This document shows positions 12,203-25,528 of a DNA stretch of 41,060 nt, in pieces. The notes under the pieces were generated by a model. The model made no database searches. It saw only the letters and a list, made by a program, of their open reading frames with translations, and was not told the DNA's origin. Location of the stretch: positions 1-41,060 of the forward strand of contig NIVC01003021.1 of the NCBI GenBank assembly GCA_002269645.1, read 5' to 3'. Every line of letters starts with the position of its first letter. Within the stretch, counting starts at the first letter, position 1. This DNA is from Macrostomum lignano (taxonomy: Eukaryota). The position numbers were made by a program, and so were the translations under genes.

Positions 12203-12782
12203 GATGTAAGCTAGATTAGCAATCCATTCTATTCCTTCATAATTGATGTAGGCTAGACTAGCAATCCATTCTACTCCTTCATCATTGATGTAGGCTAGAT
12301 TAGCAATCCATTCTATTCCTTCATAATTGATGTAGGCTAGACTAGCAATCCATTATATTCCTTCATAATTGATGTAGGCTAAATTAGCAATCCACTATAT
12401 TCCTTCATCATTGATGTAGGCTAGATTAGCAATCCATTCTATTCCTTCATAATTGATGTAGGCTAAATTAGCAATCCACTATATTCCTTCATCACTGATG
12501 TAGGCTAGATTAGCAATCCATTCTATTCCTTCATAATTGATGTAGGCTAGACTAGCAATCCATTATATTCCTTCATAATTGATGTAGGCTAAATTAGCAA
12601 TCCATTCTATTCCTTCATAATTGATGTAGGCTAAATTAGCAATCCATTATATTCCTTCATAATTGATGTAGGCTAGATTAGCAATCCATTCTATTCCTTC
12701 ATAATTGATGTAGGCTAAATTAGCAATCCACTATATTCCTTCATCATTGATGTAGGTTAGATTAGCAATCCATTCTATTCCT
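12203..12782. repeat. 42-bp minisatellite (GATGTAGGCTAGATTAGCAATCCATTCTATTCCTTCATAATT), ~14 copies
   Basis: Head-to-tail copies with no spacers. Confidence 0.95.
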
Positions 12783-13133
12783 GACCAAGGGACCCGTGAA
12801 AATCTAGCAATTTCATGAATCGCCTGCCTCCACGGAGCCCCAATCCAAGCGCCATAAAAGTCCAAACTTCATAGAAGTGGCGGCCTTTCGCTTCCTGCAG
12901 TTTTACGTGTTTCACATTTTATCAACAAGTTTGATGGGTGCCTGGGCCAGTTCAAGCCGAGAATATTTTCTAAAACCTGCGGTTGCGTATCGATTGTCAT
13001 AACTTGTATTCTGTCCAAACGAGGTATTTTACATTCGTGGTCTGATTTGTAGAGAAAAGTAAAATTTGCCCGATCTTCACGCTCACGGAATCTAACCAGG
13101 GGGTTAACCGCTGAGCTGCTCTGCTGCTTGATA

Positions 13134-13957
13134 ACTGGTACCTACATGTTACCTACATGGGTACCGACATGGTACCTACATGGTACCTACATGGTACCTA
13201 CATGGGTACCGACATGGTACCTACATGGGTACCTACATGGTACCTACATGGTACCTACATGGGTACCTACATGGTACCTACATGGGTACCTACATGGGTA
13301 CCTACATGGGTACCGACATGGTACCTACATGGTACCTACATGGTGCCTACATGGTACCTACATGGTACCTACATGGGTACCTACATGGGTACCTACATGG
13401 TGCCTACATGGGTACCTACATGGTGCCTACATGGTACCTACATGGGTACCTACATGGGTACCTACATGGTACCTACATGGACCGTACCGACATGGTACCT
13501 ACATGGGTACCTACATGGTACCTACATGGGTACCTACATGGGTACCTACATGGGTACCTACATGGGTACCTACATGGTACCTACATGGGTACCTACATGG
13601 GTACCTACATGGGTACCTACATGGTACCTACATGGGTACCTACATGGGTACCTACATGGGTACCGACATGGTACCTACATGGTACGTACATGGTGCCTAC
13701 ATGGTACCAACATGGTACCTACATGGTACCTACATGGTACCTACATGGACCGTACCGACATGGTACCTACATGGTATCTACATGGTGCCTACATGGTACC
13801 TACATGGGTACCTACATGGGTACCTACATGGGTACCTACATGGTGCCTACATGGGTACCTACATGGTGCCTACATGGGTACCTACATGGGTACCTACATG
13901 GTACCTACATGGGTGCCTACATGGTACCTACATGGTGCCTACATGGTACCTACATGT
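13134..13957. repeat. Mixed 11/12-bp array ATG(G)GTACCTAC
   Basis: Read directly; stop-free on the plus strand, giving the MVPTW/MGTY pseudo-ORFs. Confidence 0.96.
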
Positions 13958-15264
13958 AAAGTTTACTACAGAAGTTTAGTCAAGACCAGCTTTAAAGAGT
14001 ATGATTTCACCAAGCAGAATGTAATAGAAATTTATGGAAGAACAACTGTCGTGAGGGAACTGAAAAGCGACATAAAAATGAGGATTAAATCCCCTCCAGA
14101 TCCCTGGTTCCTGGGGGAATAGGCAGTTCAAATTTCCCAGCTTTCAGCTTGTTTCGACGGAAGAAGAAAAATTTCCTCAGCCGGGAATAATCTTGGCCCA
14201 GCTGCCATCCTCCATCTCGACCGGATGTTGGCGCGGTGGGGGGGTAAGGCCCAAGTAAAAAGTTGTTATTCTTCTATAATTAAAAATCTAGCACTCAGTG
14301 TCTGGCTTGCTTTACAAACTTTTACTGCATTACCCCCCCCCCCCCAGTCAACATATTGAACTCAGCCAGGTCCGCACGCACATGGATGAAGCGGTGTAAA
14401 GCTGGGAAAGTGTTCCGTGTTTCCTCTTTTTCCGCTTTTCTAAGCAGCCCCGCGTGTTTCTTCTGAACCATTTCAGCTGCCGGCTGCTTCCTGGGGTAGT
14501 GCAGCGGCGATCAATTCTCGCCCGTTTCCTCACCCCCTCCCCCAGTCTCTCTCCGTTCCTCATCGTCCTATACGGTCTTTTAAGCTCCTGAGCCCAGCCT
14601 GCATGGCAGCTCGAACGAGACGCTTCTTCTTCAACAAGGTGAGTCCGCAGTCATGAGCGGTATAGGATGCAACCGGAAAAGCTGTCGAATTGAAAAAAAA
14701 GCAGAAATCAGGATGAGAGAGGCTGGGATGAGATTAAAAGCAGAAAATGAGCAGCAGATAAGGGCGGATGTGTTCCAAGTTTAATGAGACCCGGGGGACG
14801 AGGGCCAACAGATATGGGCCCGCCGGGTCCGTTCCTATGGGAGATTTCGAGGACCGAAGACCCGCTAAGGGATCTGGCTCATGTTTTTCTCCTAACTGGG
14901 AAAAATGAACTGGCCAAGGGCTTCAATTGATGGCTGGCAGCTGCGTCTATTAATATATGCCATTGATGCAGAGCCTGCAGGCTGCTGGATCGGGGATAAT
15001 CCGTGCTAAATCCCCCCAGTGCTTCCTTATTAATGTTCTTCAGTCCGTGTTCAACAGTTAATAACAGGGTGCCTCGATTCGATTTTTTGATAGGCAGTTT
15101 TCGTGACAGAAATGCATCGCTTCGGCATTTAGGGGCTTCTCTGTATTGCTCTGGAGAACGCGCAGCATAAAATGGGGTATTGCCATAGACAAATCTGTCG
15201 GGAAATATCCGTGATAGAAAAATCTGATTTCTCCAGAGCATACTAAATGCACTAGCGATATGAA

Positions 15265-15965
15265 GGAAATGATTCCTGAAGATGATTATTGGGAGAGTGA
15301 TAATGGAGAAATGATTCGGAAAGATGATTATCGAGAGAGTGAGGATGGGGAAAGGATTCGGGAAGATGATTATCGGGAGAGTGAGGATGGAGAAATGATT
15401 CGGGAAGATGATTATCGAGAGAATGAGGATGGGGAAATGATTCGAGAAGATGATTATCGAGAGAGTGAGGATGGAGAAATGAATTCCTGAAGATGATTAT
15501 CAAGAGAGAGGATGGGAAATGATTCGGGAAGATGATTATCGAGAGAGTGAGGATGGGGAAATGATTCGGGAAGATGATTATCGAGAGAGTGAGGATGGAG
15601 AATGATTCCTTAAGATGATTATAGGGAGAGCGAGGATGGGAAAATGATTCTTTAATATGATTATAGAAAGAGAGTGAGGATGAGAAAATGATTCCTTAAG
15701 ATGATTATAGAGAGAGTGAGGATGGAGGAAATGATTCCTCAAGATGATTATAGAGAGAGTGAGGATGGGGAAATTATTCCTCAAGATGATTATAGAGAAA
15801 GAATGAGGATGGGGAAATGATTCCTTAAGATGATTATCGAGAGAGTGGGGATATGGAAATGATTCGGGAAGATGATTATCGAGAGAGTGAGGGTGTGGAA
15901 ATGATTCCTCAAGATGATTATCGAGAGAATGAGGAGGGGGAAATGATTCCTGAAGATGATTATCG
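15265..15965. repeat. ~42-bp purine-rich minisatellite (GATGATTATCGAGAGAGTGAGGATGGGGAAATGATTCGGGAA)
   Basis: Tandem copies, some with 1-nt indels that break the frame. Confidence 0.93.
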
Positions 15966-16424
15966 GTGAACAGTTGCAGCAAGTATCAATAAAAGTGTCA
16001 ATTTTGTTCAGTGGGCTCTGTATTGTGCCTCCCCCGTGAAACACCCAGCCGCAGAATTAGGACCAGCAGATCAGATTGAAGCGAGGGAGTATAGCTCGTA
16101 AATGATATGATGGTGCTAGGAGGCTGAGCGGCCCCACTAATTGCGAGGGTCACAAAAGCAGACAGAAAGCACAAAGATAACTGTATTTTAAACGATAAAT
16201 AAGATTTTCGTTGTTTTTCTGCGACAAATTTATGCAGAAATTATGCTTATGAAAGCAGTGATGAAATTATTCTGCACAATTGCTACTAGCAGAGGGAAGA
16301 GAGGAGCTGAGTGAGACTGTGGGCAGCTCCGTGAGTCGAAAGAATGTTAGATGAAAAATGTTTATTCCTATCCGAGAAAGGTTTTGCGAATGAATTCATT
16401 TCCCAGTGACTTTCAATCGCGATT

Positions 16425-17420
16425 TGCCCTGAGATGGGCGATTCTTTGAGATGGCAGGGCGATTCTTTGAGATGGCGGGGCGTTCTTCGAGATGGCGGGG
16501 CGATTCTTTGAGATGGCGGGGCGATTCTTTGAGATGGCGGGGCGATTCTTCGAGATGGCGGGGCGATTCTTCGAGATGGCGGGGGCGATTCTTTGAGTTG
16601 GCGGAGCGATTCTTTGAGATGGCGGGGCGATTCTTTGAGATGGCGGGGCGATTCTTCGAGATGGCGGGGCGATTCTTTGAGATGGCGGGGCGATTCTTCG
16701 AGATGGCGGGGCGATTCTTCGAGATGGCGGGGGCGATTCTTTGAGTTGGCGGAGCGATTCTTTGAGATGGCGGGGCGATTCTTTGAGATGGCGGGGCGAT
16801 TCTTCGAGATGGCGGGGCGATTCTTTGAGATGGCGGGGCGATTCTTCGAGATGGCGGGGCGATTCTTTGAGATGGCGGGGCGATTCTTTGAGATGGCGGG
16901 GGCGATTCTTTGAGATGGCGGGGGCGATTCTTTGAGATGGCGGGGGCGATTCTTTGAGATGGCGGGGGCGATTCTTTGAGATGGCGGGGGCGATTCTTTG
17001 AGATGGCGGGGGCGATTCTTTGAGATGGCGGGGGCGATTCTTTGAGATGGCGGGGGCGATTCTTTGAGATGGCGGGGGCGATTCTTTGAGATGGCGGGGC
17101 GATTCTTTGAGTTGGCGAGGGCGATTCTTTGAGATGGCGGGGCGATTCTTTGAGTTGGCGAGGGCGATTCTTTGAGTTGGCGAGGGCGATTCTTTGAGTT
17201 GGCGAGGGCGATTCTTTGAGTTGGCGAGGGCGATTCTTTGAGATGGCGGGGGCGATTCTTTGAGATGGCGGGGGCGATTCTTTGAGATGGCGGGGGCGAT
17301 TTTTTGAGATGGCGGGGGCGATTCTTTGAGATGGCGGGGCGATTCTTTGAGATGGCGGGGCGATTCTTTGAGATGGCGGGGGCGATTCTTTCAGATGGCA
17401 GGGCGATTCTATGAGATGGC
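16425..17420. repeat. 21/22-bp minisatellite (GAGATGGCGGGG(G)CGATTCTTT), ~45 copies
   Basis: Read directly. Confidence 0.96.
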
Positions 17421-17429
17421 GGTTCACAA

Positions 17430-17697
17430 TGAGTCAAAATGAGTCGCATTGAGTCACTATGAGTCACTATGAGTCACTATGAGTCACTATGAGTCACTAG
17501 GAGTCATTATGAGTCACTATGAGTCACTATGAGTCACTATGAGTCACTATGAGTCACTATGAGTCACTATGAGTCACTATGAGTCACTATGAGTCACTAT
17601 GAGTCACTATGAGTCACTATGAGTCACTATGAGTCACTATGAGTCACTATGAGTCACTATGAGTCACTATGAGTCACTATGAGTCACTATGAGTCAG
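17430..17697. repeat. 10-bp array (GAGTCACTAT)n, 27 units, 25 containing TGAGTCA
   Basis: Units counted directly in register with the 10-nt blocks. Confidence 0.97.
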
Positions 17698-18221
17698 TGT
17701 GAGCTATTATTCATCTCACTGCAGGCATACAAAATTGGTGAAATTATTTTAGTCGTGAACTCCCAGTGTCCCACATCTCGCAATGGAGATTTCGAGCCTC
17801 AAGAGATGAAGGGGATTATTATAAAACCAAATTCAATCCTCAAGGCGGCGGCGTGAAATCCGCCACTGTCACTATCTCAAAATCTCCCAGCGCCCTCCCG
17901 TCCTCGTAATGCGAAAAAGTTCGAGAGAAAGCAGATGGCGATGGGGAGAATCTTGCAAAGTACAAGGGAGGCTGGGAAAGTCATGGGCACCGCAGTGAGA
18001 ACGGAATCCCGTAATGAGCTGGAATATTGAAATAGAAAGCTCGTATTAGTGATGAACAACTCAGGAAGTTGCGTAGCGTGTGGGATTTGAGCTGCTGCTT
18101 GCTAAATGGGAATGCCTGCAGGGGATGCTGCCCGGCTGAGGAAACAAATCTGCTTTTTTGTGCAATTAGTTAATTTTTTAAAGTGATGCAGATTTCCTGA
18201 TGTAGCTCTAACACTTTCTGG

Positions 18222-18960
18222 GGCGACTCTCATTATCTGATGAGGCGATTCTCATTATCTGATGGGGTGATTCTCATTATCTGATGAGGCGATTCTCATT
18301 ATCTGATGGGGCGATTCTCATTATCTGATGAGGCGATTCTCACTATCTGATGGGGCGATTCTCATTATCTGATGAGGCGATTCTCATTATCTGATGGGGC
18401 GATTCTCATTATCTGATAGGGTGATTCTCATTATCTGATGAGGCGATTCTCATTATCTGATGGGGCGATTCTCATTATCTGATGGGGCGATTCTCATTAT
18501 CTGATGGGGCGATTCTCACTATCTGATGGGGCGATTCTCATTATCTGATGGGGAGATTCTCATCATCTGATGGGGCGATTCTCACTATCTGATGAGGCGA
18601 TTCTCACTATCTGATGGGGCGATTCTCATTATCTGATGAGGCGATTCTCATTATCTGATGGGGTGATTCTCATTATCTGATGAGGCGATTCTCATTATCT
18701 GATGGGGCGATTCTCATCATCTAATGAGGCGATTCTCACTATCTGATGGGGCGATTCTCATTATCTAATGAGGCGATTCTCACTATCTGATGGGGCGATT
18801 CTCATTATCTGATGGGGCGATTCTCATCATCTGATGGGGCGATTCTCATTATCTGATGGGGCGATTCTCATTATCTGATGGGAGATTCTCATTATCTGAT
18901 GGGGCGATTCTCATCATCTGATGGGGCGATTCTCATCATCTGATGGGGCGATTCTCATCA
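18222..18960. repeat. 22-bp minisatellite (GGGGCGATTCTCATTATCTGAT), ~33 copies
   Basis: Read directly. Confidence 0.96.
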
Positions 18961-19272
18961 CCCTCTATAATTTGAATTTTCGTTCATAAAATAATCAATT
19001 TCTAACGCATTTCAAGATGAAGCGACAGGCGAGTCACATCAAAATGCTTCTAAGAAACGAATGCGACCTACTTTTTCTACGCTCGTACAATACCTCAAAT
19101 CGATACTGGAGCGCCCTGGATTGGCCCAAGCCGGTGCAGCCAGTGCCGGTGCAGCTGCCGCAGCCCCTCCGCCCAGGTCGTCAAGACCGGCTTCTTTACT
19201 TCCGCCGCTGTTCGACCTCGGCGCCGCTGCCGCCGATCCTCTCAGTCCCAGCAACTGCCCGCCAGCTCCGCC

Positions 19273-21029
19273 ATGCTGCAAGGCGAATGCGCCGCCCTCA
19301 ACGAGACCGAGTACTTCGCTAGGACGAAGGACTTCGGCGAGACTGTCTTCAACTCGCTGACCATAGCGGTGTCCTGCCTCGGCTTGGTGCTCAACATCCT
19401 GTCCCTGGTGGTCTTCGTCCGGGTGTTTAACAAGTCTGGCAGCAGGAACAGCTTCCACCTGTTCCTGGTGTTCCTGTCCGTGTGCGAGGTGTCCTTCTGC
19501 CTGACCAGCGCCGTAACGTACACCATCATGACCGTCTCCGTGAAGGGCCTGTACCACTGGGCCGGGCTCAATGCCCAGCTTGACGCCAACGAGTCCCTGC
19601 TGTTCGCCTACTCGCTGTACATGCCGACGGAGAGCTCCGGCCTGACCACCCTGGTGTACAACCTGTTGACTCTGTTCGCCTACCTGTCCGTGGTGTCGCA
19701 GTTCAGCCGCAACTGCTGGGTGGCCATCACCGCCCTGCTGCGCTGCTACGTGGCAACTCGTCGGACGAATGTGCAGGTAAAAGCAGCAATAAATATTGGC
19801 AGGAGGCAATTGCGGGCAATTACGCTGACGGCAACTCTGCCCATACAAGCGCAGGCACGCACTCACACACAAGCTCACACAGGCACAAACCCCAAATGAG
19901 CATACCTCATAACACAAACCCCAAATGAGCATACCTCATAACACAAACCCCAAATGAGCATACCTCATAACACAAACCCCAAATGAACATACCTCATAAC
20001 ACAAACCCCATATGAACAAACCTCATAACACAAACCCCAAATGAATATACCTCATAACACATGCCCCAAATGAACATCAAATGAACCTCATAACATAAAC
20101 CCCATATGAACATACCTCATAACACAAACCCCAAATGAACATACCTCATAACACATACCCCAAATGAACATACCTCATAACACAAACCCCAAATGAACAT
20201 ACCTCATAACACAAACCCCAAATGAACATACCTCATAACACAAACCTCATAACAGTAGGCAAATCTCAATCAAATTGACCACGCACCGTCCCTCCCGCAG
20301 GTGAGCCAGATGTACAGCCTTCGCCGTATATCGCTGATCTTCGCGCTGAAGCTGGTCCTGGTGGTGTCGCTGAGCCTGGCCCGGTCCTACCTCATCAACA
20401 CGCGCAACTTCCTCAGCCTGGAGTTCAACGCCTGCAACACCACCGGCTGGCAGCGCCGCGGAATTCTGCTGCTGCACGTGATGCTGAGCAAGTCAAGGAA
20501 CCGCGACACCGTCAACATGTTCTGGACGCTGCTCAGCCAGACCATCCCTCTGGTGGCGATCATCACCTCGTCGGTCCTGTTGGTGGTGTCGCTGCGCTCG
20601 AACAGCATGGTGAACAGCTCGGAGCGCAACAAGAAAATCACCCACATGGTGTTCATCTTCTCCCTGACTTTCGCTCTGCTCGAAGGTCCCCGGGCCATCG
20701 TCTTCTTCGTGTTCAAAGTGTACACCAAAGTGTCCAGGAGCGTCGCCATCAGGATATTCCAGGTCACGTACATCCTGTCGGTCACCGACTCCATCGTGAA
20801 CGTGTTCATCTACTTCTTCAACGATCAGCACTTCAAGAAGGAGCTCTGCGGCGAGGCCAAGCCGAAGCTGCCGCCCTCGCACACGGAGACTGCGCGCCTC
20901 ATCGACTCCAAGCAGAGAGGCGCCGCGCCCGCCACGGCTGAGCTGCCTGACGGAGGCTGCGACTGCGTCGCCGCTTCGAAGCCGGCTGACGAGATCGACG
21001 AGCTCAGATCCCAGGAGACCAGCGTCTAG
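19273..21029 (+). CDS. Rhodopsin-class (class A) orphan GPCR, FMRFamide-receptor-like type, join(19273..19776,20301..21029), 410 aa
   Basis: Kozak-like GCCATG; N-glycosylation site NET. TM1 LGLVLNILSLVVF, TM2 LVFLSVCE, TM3 end ITALLRC, TM6 FALLEGPRAI, TM7 TDSIVNVFIYFF. Phase-0 intron: donor CAG|GTAAAA at 19776, acceptor CCTCCCGCAG| at 20300. Confidence 0.9.
19880..20250. repeat. 29-bp intronic minisatellite (ACACAAACCCCAAATGAACATACCTCATA), ~12 copies
   Basis: Fills most of the GPCR intron. Confidence 0.94.
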
Positions 21030-21096
21030 GACCTCGGGATAACTCCTGGACTGCGACTGAGGACCTTGCTTTGCTTTGACTCTGGCTTTTGAAATA

Positions 21097-21562
<466 letters not shown>

Positions 21563-22092
21563 CCAATTTTCGCTTACACCTAGAGGAGACATTAGCTTTG
21601 CCGCAAGCCTCCCGGATCAATAAATAAATTATTTCAAAAGCAAATTTCAAATAAGAATTTTAACAATGCATTGCTTCAACCTAAAACGATGGGGGGATCG
21701 CAGATAAGCTGAATTCGATAAATTTATTATAAGTGCAAACTCAAGTAAGTAAGTGTTGAACCCAAAGACAGGCTCGTGCAGATGGAAGCTCGCCAGAGAC
21801 TGGAGAAATTCACGCAGGATTGCAGGAGATGAAGAGCTCAGGTGAGAACCTCTACAGTTGCACGTAGAGGCTGAATGGAGCGCAGAGACAATGACATCGG
21901 GGCAGAGATGGAGAGGCAGTACCTGCAGGCTGGGTCCTCTGCCAGTCCTCCAGCTGCCTCCAGACCCCCTCTACAGCCAGCGGAAAGGAAGTGCAGCGGT
22001 GCAGCAACACCAAGTCGGATGCCCTGGACAAGTCTGGCTTTGGCAGGAATCTTTTCACGTGGGAGTTGATTTTCAACTGATGGATGCAACAG

Positions 22093-22134
<42 letters not shown>

Positions 22135-22135
22135 G
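22093..22135. repeat. Compound (TG)n(AG)n microsatellite
   Basis: Read directly. Confidence 0.95.
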
Positions 22136-22249
22136 GCGAACCCGGTGTAAAGAAGCGCAAGGTTAAACACAATCAATAACTAAATGCTTCCGTTTTAGCC
22201 AAAAAGTTACAGACCTGTTATGATACTCGAAGGGCCCTAGTTACAGTAA

Positions 22250-22467
<218 letters not shown>

Positions 22468-23015
22468 AATTCAAGCTGCAGTAGCATTTGCTCTCGAATT
22501 TAAGCTGGAATGCGCGCTCAAATTCGCACCTGCCAAGCAGAAGTAAAAGCAGAACTTGAACTAGAAGCAGACACAGAAATCAGGGAATGAGACATCTTGG
22601 CAGAAAGTACGCACAGCTCCCGACCGTGAAAGTTGATGTGTTCATCTACTCGACAAATGGCTACACAGCAGTTACTGAGGCGGGCAAAGCGCTCAAGCGA
22701 GCGACACTCTGGGGGCACAGCGGGGAGATCCGCAGCCTTTCGGCCCTGACGAGGCGGGAGCCGCTGGGGTGTGGCCGGCTGAGCAAAAAGACGAATGGGA
22801 CAGAAAGCAAAATATAATGATAGCCAAGCAACATGGCTTGCGCGCCACCTCCCCCCCAGCGGGCAGTCTGTGCGCTGGGGCCCGTGTTTGCCTCCATCAT
22901 ATTCGGTCGCATGCGCACCAGATCGAGTGACGCTCCAGCGCTTCGAGCCCCCCCCCCCCCCTGATAGATTGAAGGATCAAGTTTGGGTCGCAGCTGCTTC
23001 TGCAGCGAATAAATA

Positions 23016-23042
23016 AGAGAGAGAGAGAGAGAGAGGGAGAGG

Positions 23043-23076
<34 letters not shown>

Positions 23077-23082
23077 AGAGAG
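23016..23082. repeat. (GA)n microsatellite
   Basis: Read directly. Confidence 0.93.
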
Positions 23083-23971
23083 GACGCGGGGACACACAAG
23101 GACAGGCAGGAAGGCGGGAGAGTCGGTACGCCTGATCGGATCAAGACAAGCGGTGCGGTGGAGCCGCTGTGTGGAGTTGCGATCGGGCCTGTAACAGCGG
23201 AAAGCCGCTCTACCACCCCCCCTCCTACCCGGCTTTGAGGCGGCTGCGGCTGAATTATCCATGAAGGACAGTCGGACAGAGCTGGGATCAGGAAATCGCT
23301 TTGTGCCCCCCGGTGTGCTTCAGCTGGCGCTCTCGACGCGGCAATCAACCGAAGGGTTGCCGTAGCAGAAACGGAAAAATCGATAAATGGATTCGAACAG
23401 ATGATGCCCCGCCGGTGGCAACCGGATCCCGGATCCTCACCTGGCCGCACCGCCCAGCTCTCTTCACTGACCGGCCGCTAAAACAAAATTATTCGAGAAG
23501 CCGCAATTAATTTTGCATCAGCTGAAGAGTGCCGCCCGAGCTCGAGTCCGCTCTCTGCTTAACTCCGCTTCTGTTTCGCCTCACTCGAGTCGATAAGTGA
23601 AAAGGGGGGGGAGAATCCTCGGGGAGGTGAGGCAGCGTTGAGCGCGCATTGTCCCACGGGACCCTCAGCCCGTGGCTCTTCTACCCCCCCCCAGTCTCCT
23701 CCTCAGATCTCTATATTTGGTTTTGGCACTTGAAATTAGCTATGATGGAGCCGGTCGAGGACGCTGAAAAATGAGGGGAAGGAGCCAAGCGGATCGCCAT
23801 AGAAATGGGAAGACAGATTTGCTGCGGGATTTAGCGCAGACAGCCAGCAGATGGTGGGACAGGGTAATGAAATTAGGAATTGGTGATGGCCGGTTTTGGC
23901 GCAGAATGAGCATGAAGTTGCAAAAATTTCAGCTCGAAATGGCGCTGAATCAAATTCTTACAAGCATGAAG

Positions 23972-24508
23972 AACTGCCAGTGACATTTGACTGCCAGTGA
24001 CATTTGACTGCCAGTGACATTTGACTATCAGTGAAATTTGACTGTCAGTGACATTTGAAAATCAGTGACATTTGAAAATCAGTGACATTTGACTGCCAGT
24101 GACATTTGACAATCAGTGACATTTGAAAATCAGTGACATTTGACTGCCAGTGACATTTGACTGCCAGTGACATTTGACTATCAGTGACATTTGACAATCA
24201 GTGACATTTGACTGTCAGTGACATTTGACAATCAGTGACATTTGACTATCAGTGACATTTGACTGTCAGTGGCATTTGACTATCAGTGACATTTGACAAT
24301 CAGTGACATTTGACTGTCAGTGACATTTGACTATCAGTGACATTTGACTATCAGTGACATTTGACTATCAGTGACATTTGACTGTCAGTGACATTTGACT
24401 GCCAGTGACATTTGACTGCCAGTGACATTTGACAATCAGTGACATTTGACTGTCAGTGACATTTGACTGTCAGTGACATTTGACAATCAGTGACATTTGA
24501 CTGCCAGT
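23972..24508. repeat. 17-bp minisatellite (GACTGCCAGTGACATTT), ~31 copies
   Basis: Read directly. Confidence 0.95.
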
Positions 24509-25528
24509 ATTATGAATCAATTTTCTTCCTCATCTCTGTTACACGCATTGTCACAAAGTCAGCTAAGAATTAAAAATAGATTCATAAAACCAATGAGCCG
24601 AGCCGTTTTTAATGGTTTTAGGCACAGGAAATGTACAATGGTGCGTACTCGTAGAATAAATAATTAACAAAGAACCCTAATTTTCTGAACGAAAAGCTTT
24701 ATGAATATCAATAGAGCAATAAGACAGACACAAAATACTAGAAGATGAACATTGGGTCTGTCTCCGATTGAAAGAAATAACACAATATTTTTGTGCTGAA
24801 AAAATGAAAACTTCCTATCTCCGTAGTGTATTTATTTGAAAAAAAACGGCCTCCTAAAATTTTCAAGAAACGAGCTTCCCATCCTTCCACTTGAGTAGTC
24901 CTTGATAAACGAACTGAGAAAACTTTCCGTTGAGTTAGCGCGCGACAAACGATTATTTGCGAGTACAGTGTCCAGGGAAGCTGATGCAGCTTCGAGACGA
25001 GTTTGTTAAAAGCACAAGAAAGTTTTGAGCAAATCGTTCGAGAATTTGAGTCGCCGAGAGATGAGAAAAAAGTTCTCAAAAGTTCGAAGCTCGAACATGC
25101 AAGGAGGAGAAGCTGTTTGGTGCAGGAAAAAACTTCAAGCACTTTGCGCCTCTTAAACGCCATCGGTGCGAAGCGACAGACGCAAGGGTTTGAGGCACCG
25201 GGACCTCATCGGATGGAAGATCGCGCGGCCTAGCGAAGGGATCAGGTGGGGACTGAGTTGAGACGCCGAATATTGATGCGGACTCCGTGCTCGAGTGGTT
25301 CGCCGCCGGTGGAGCTGCCCCTTGAGATGCTGGGGGGGGGGGTGGAGAGACGCAGAGGGGGGGGGAAGTGAGGGAGATCGGGAAGGGTGCCAGCTGCCCC
25401 ACCTCAGTGTGTTGGATTCCGGAATAGAGAGACAGGAGGGCTGCATCAGCTCATTAATAACTAATGACGGGATCAGCTGGCGCATGCAGTGGCTTCAACC
25501 GCCAGATCAAAACCAGTGGAATTAACTT

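Noticed and set aside
12019-12800. GACCCGTGAAA direct repeat flanking the 42-bp array (~12020 and ~12790) as a target-site duplication
   Set aside because: The left copy is ~180 nt from the array edge and no element termini are evident.
14879-15252. 120-aa and 64-aa minus-strand ORFs
   Set aside because: No recognisable domain, codon style unlike the GC-rich true exons, and no convincing splice framework.
21780-22080. Possible non-LTR retrotransposon C-terminal CCHC remnant (DPACRYC...*ALHLLQSC) on the minus strand
   Set aside because: Cys-His spacing is far longer than the usual motif, there is an intervening stop, and no RT or RNase H lies nearby; too weak without a search.
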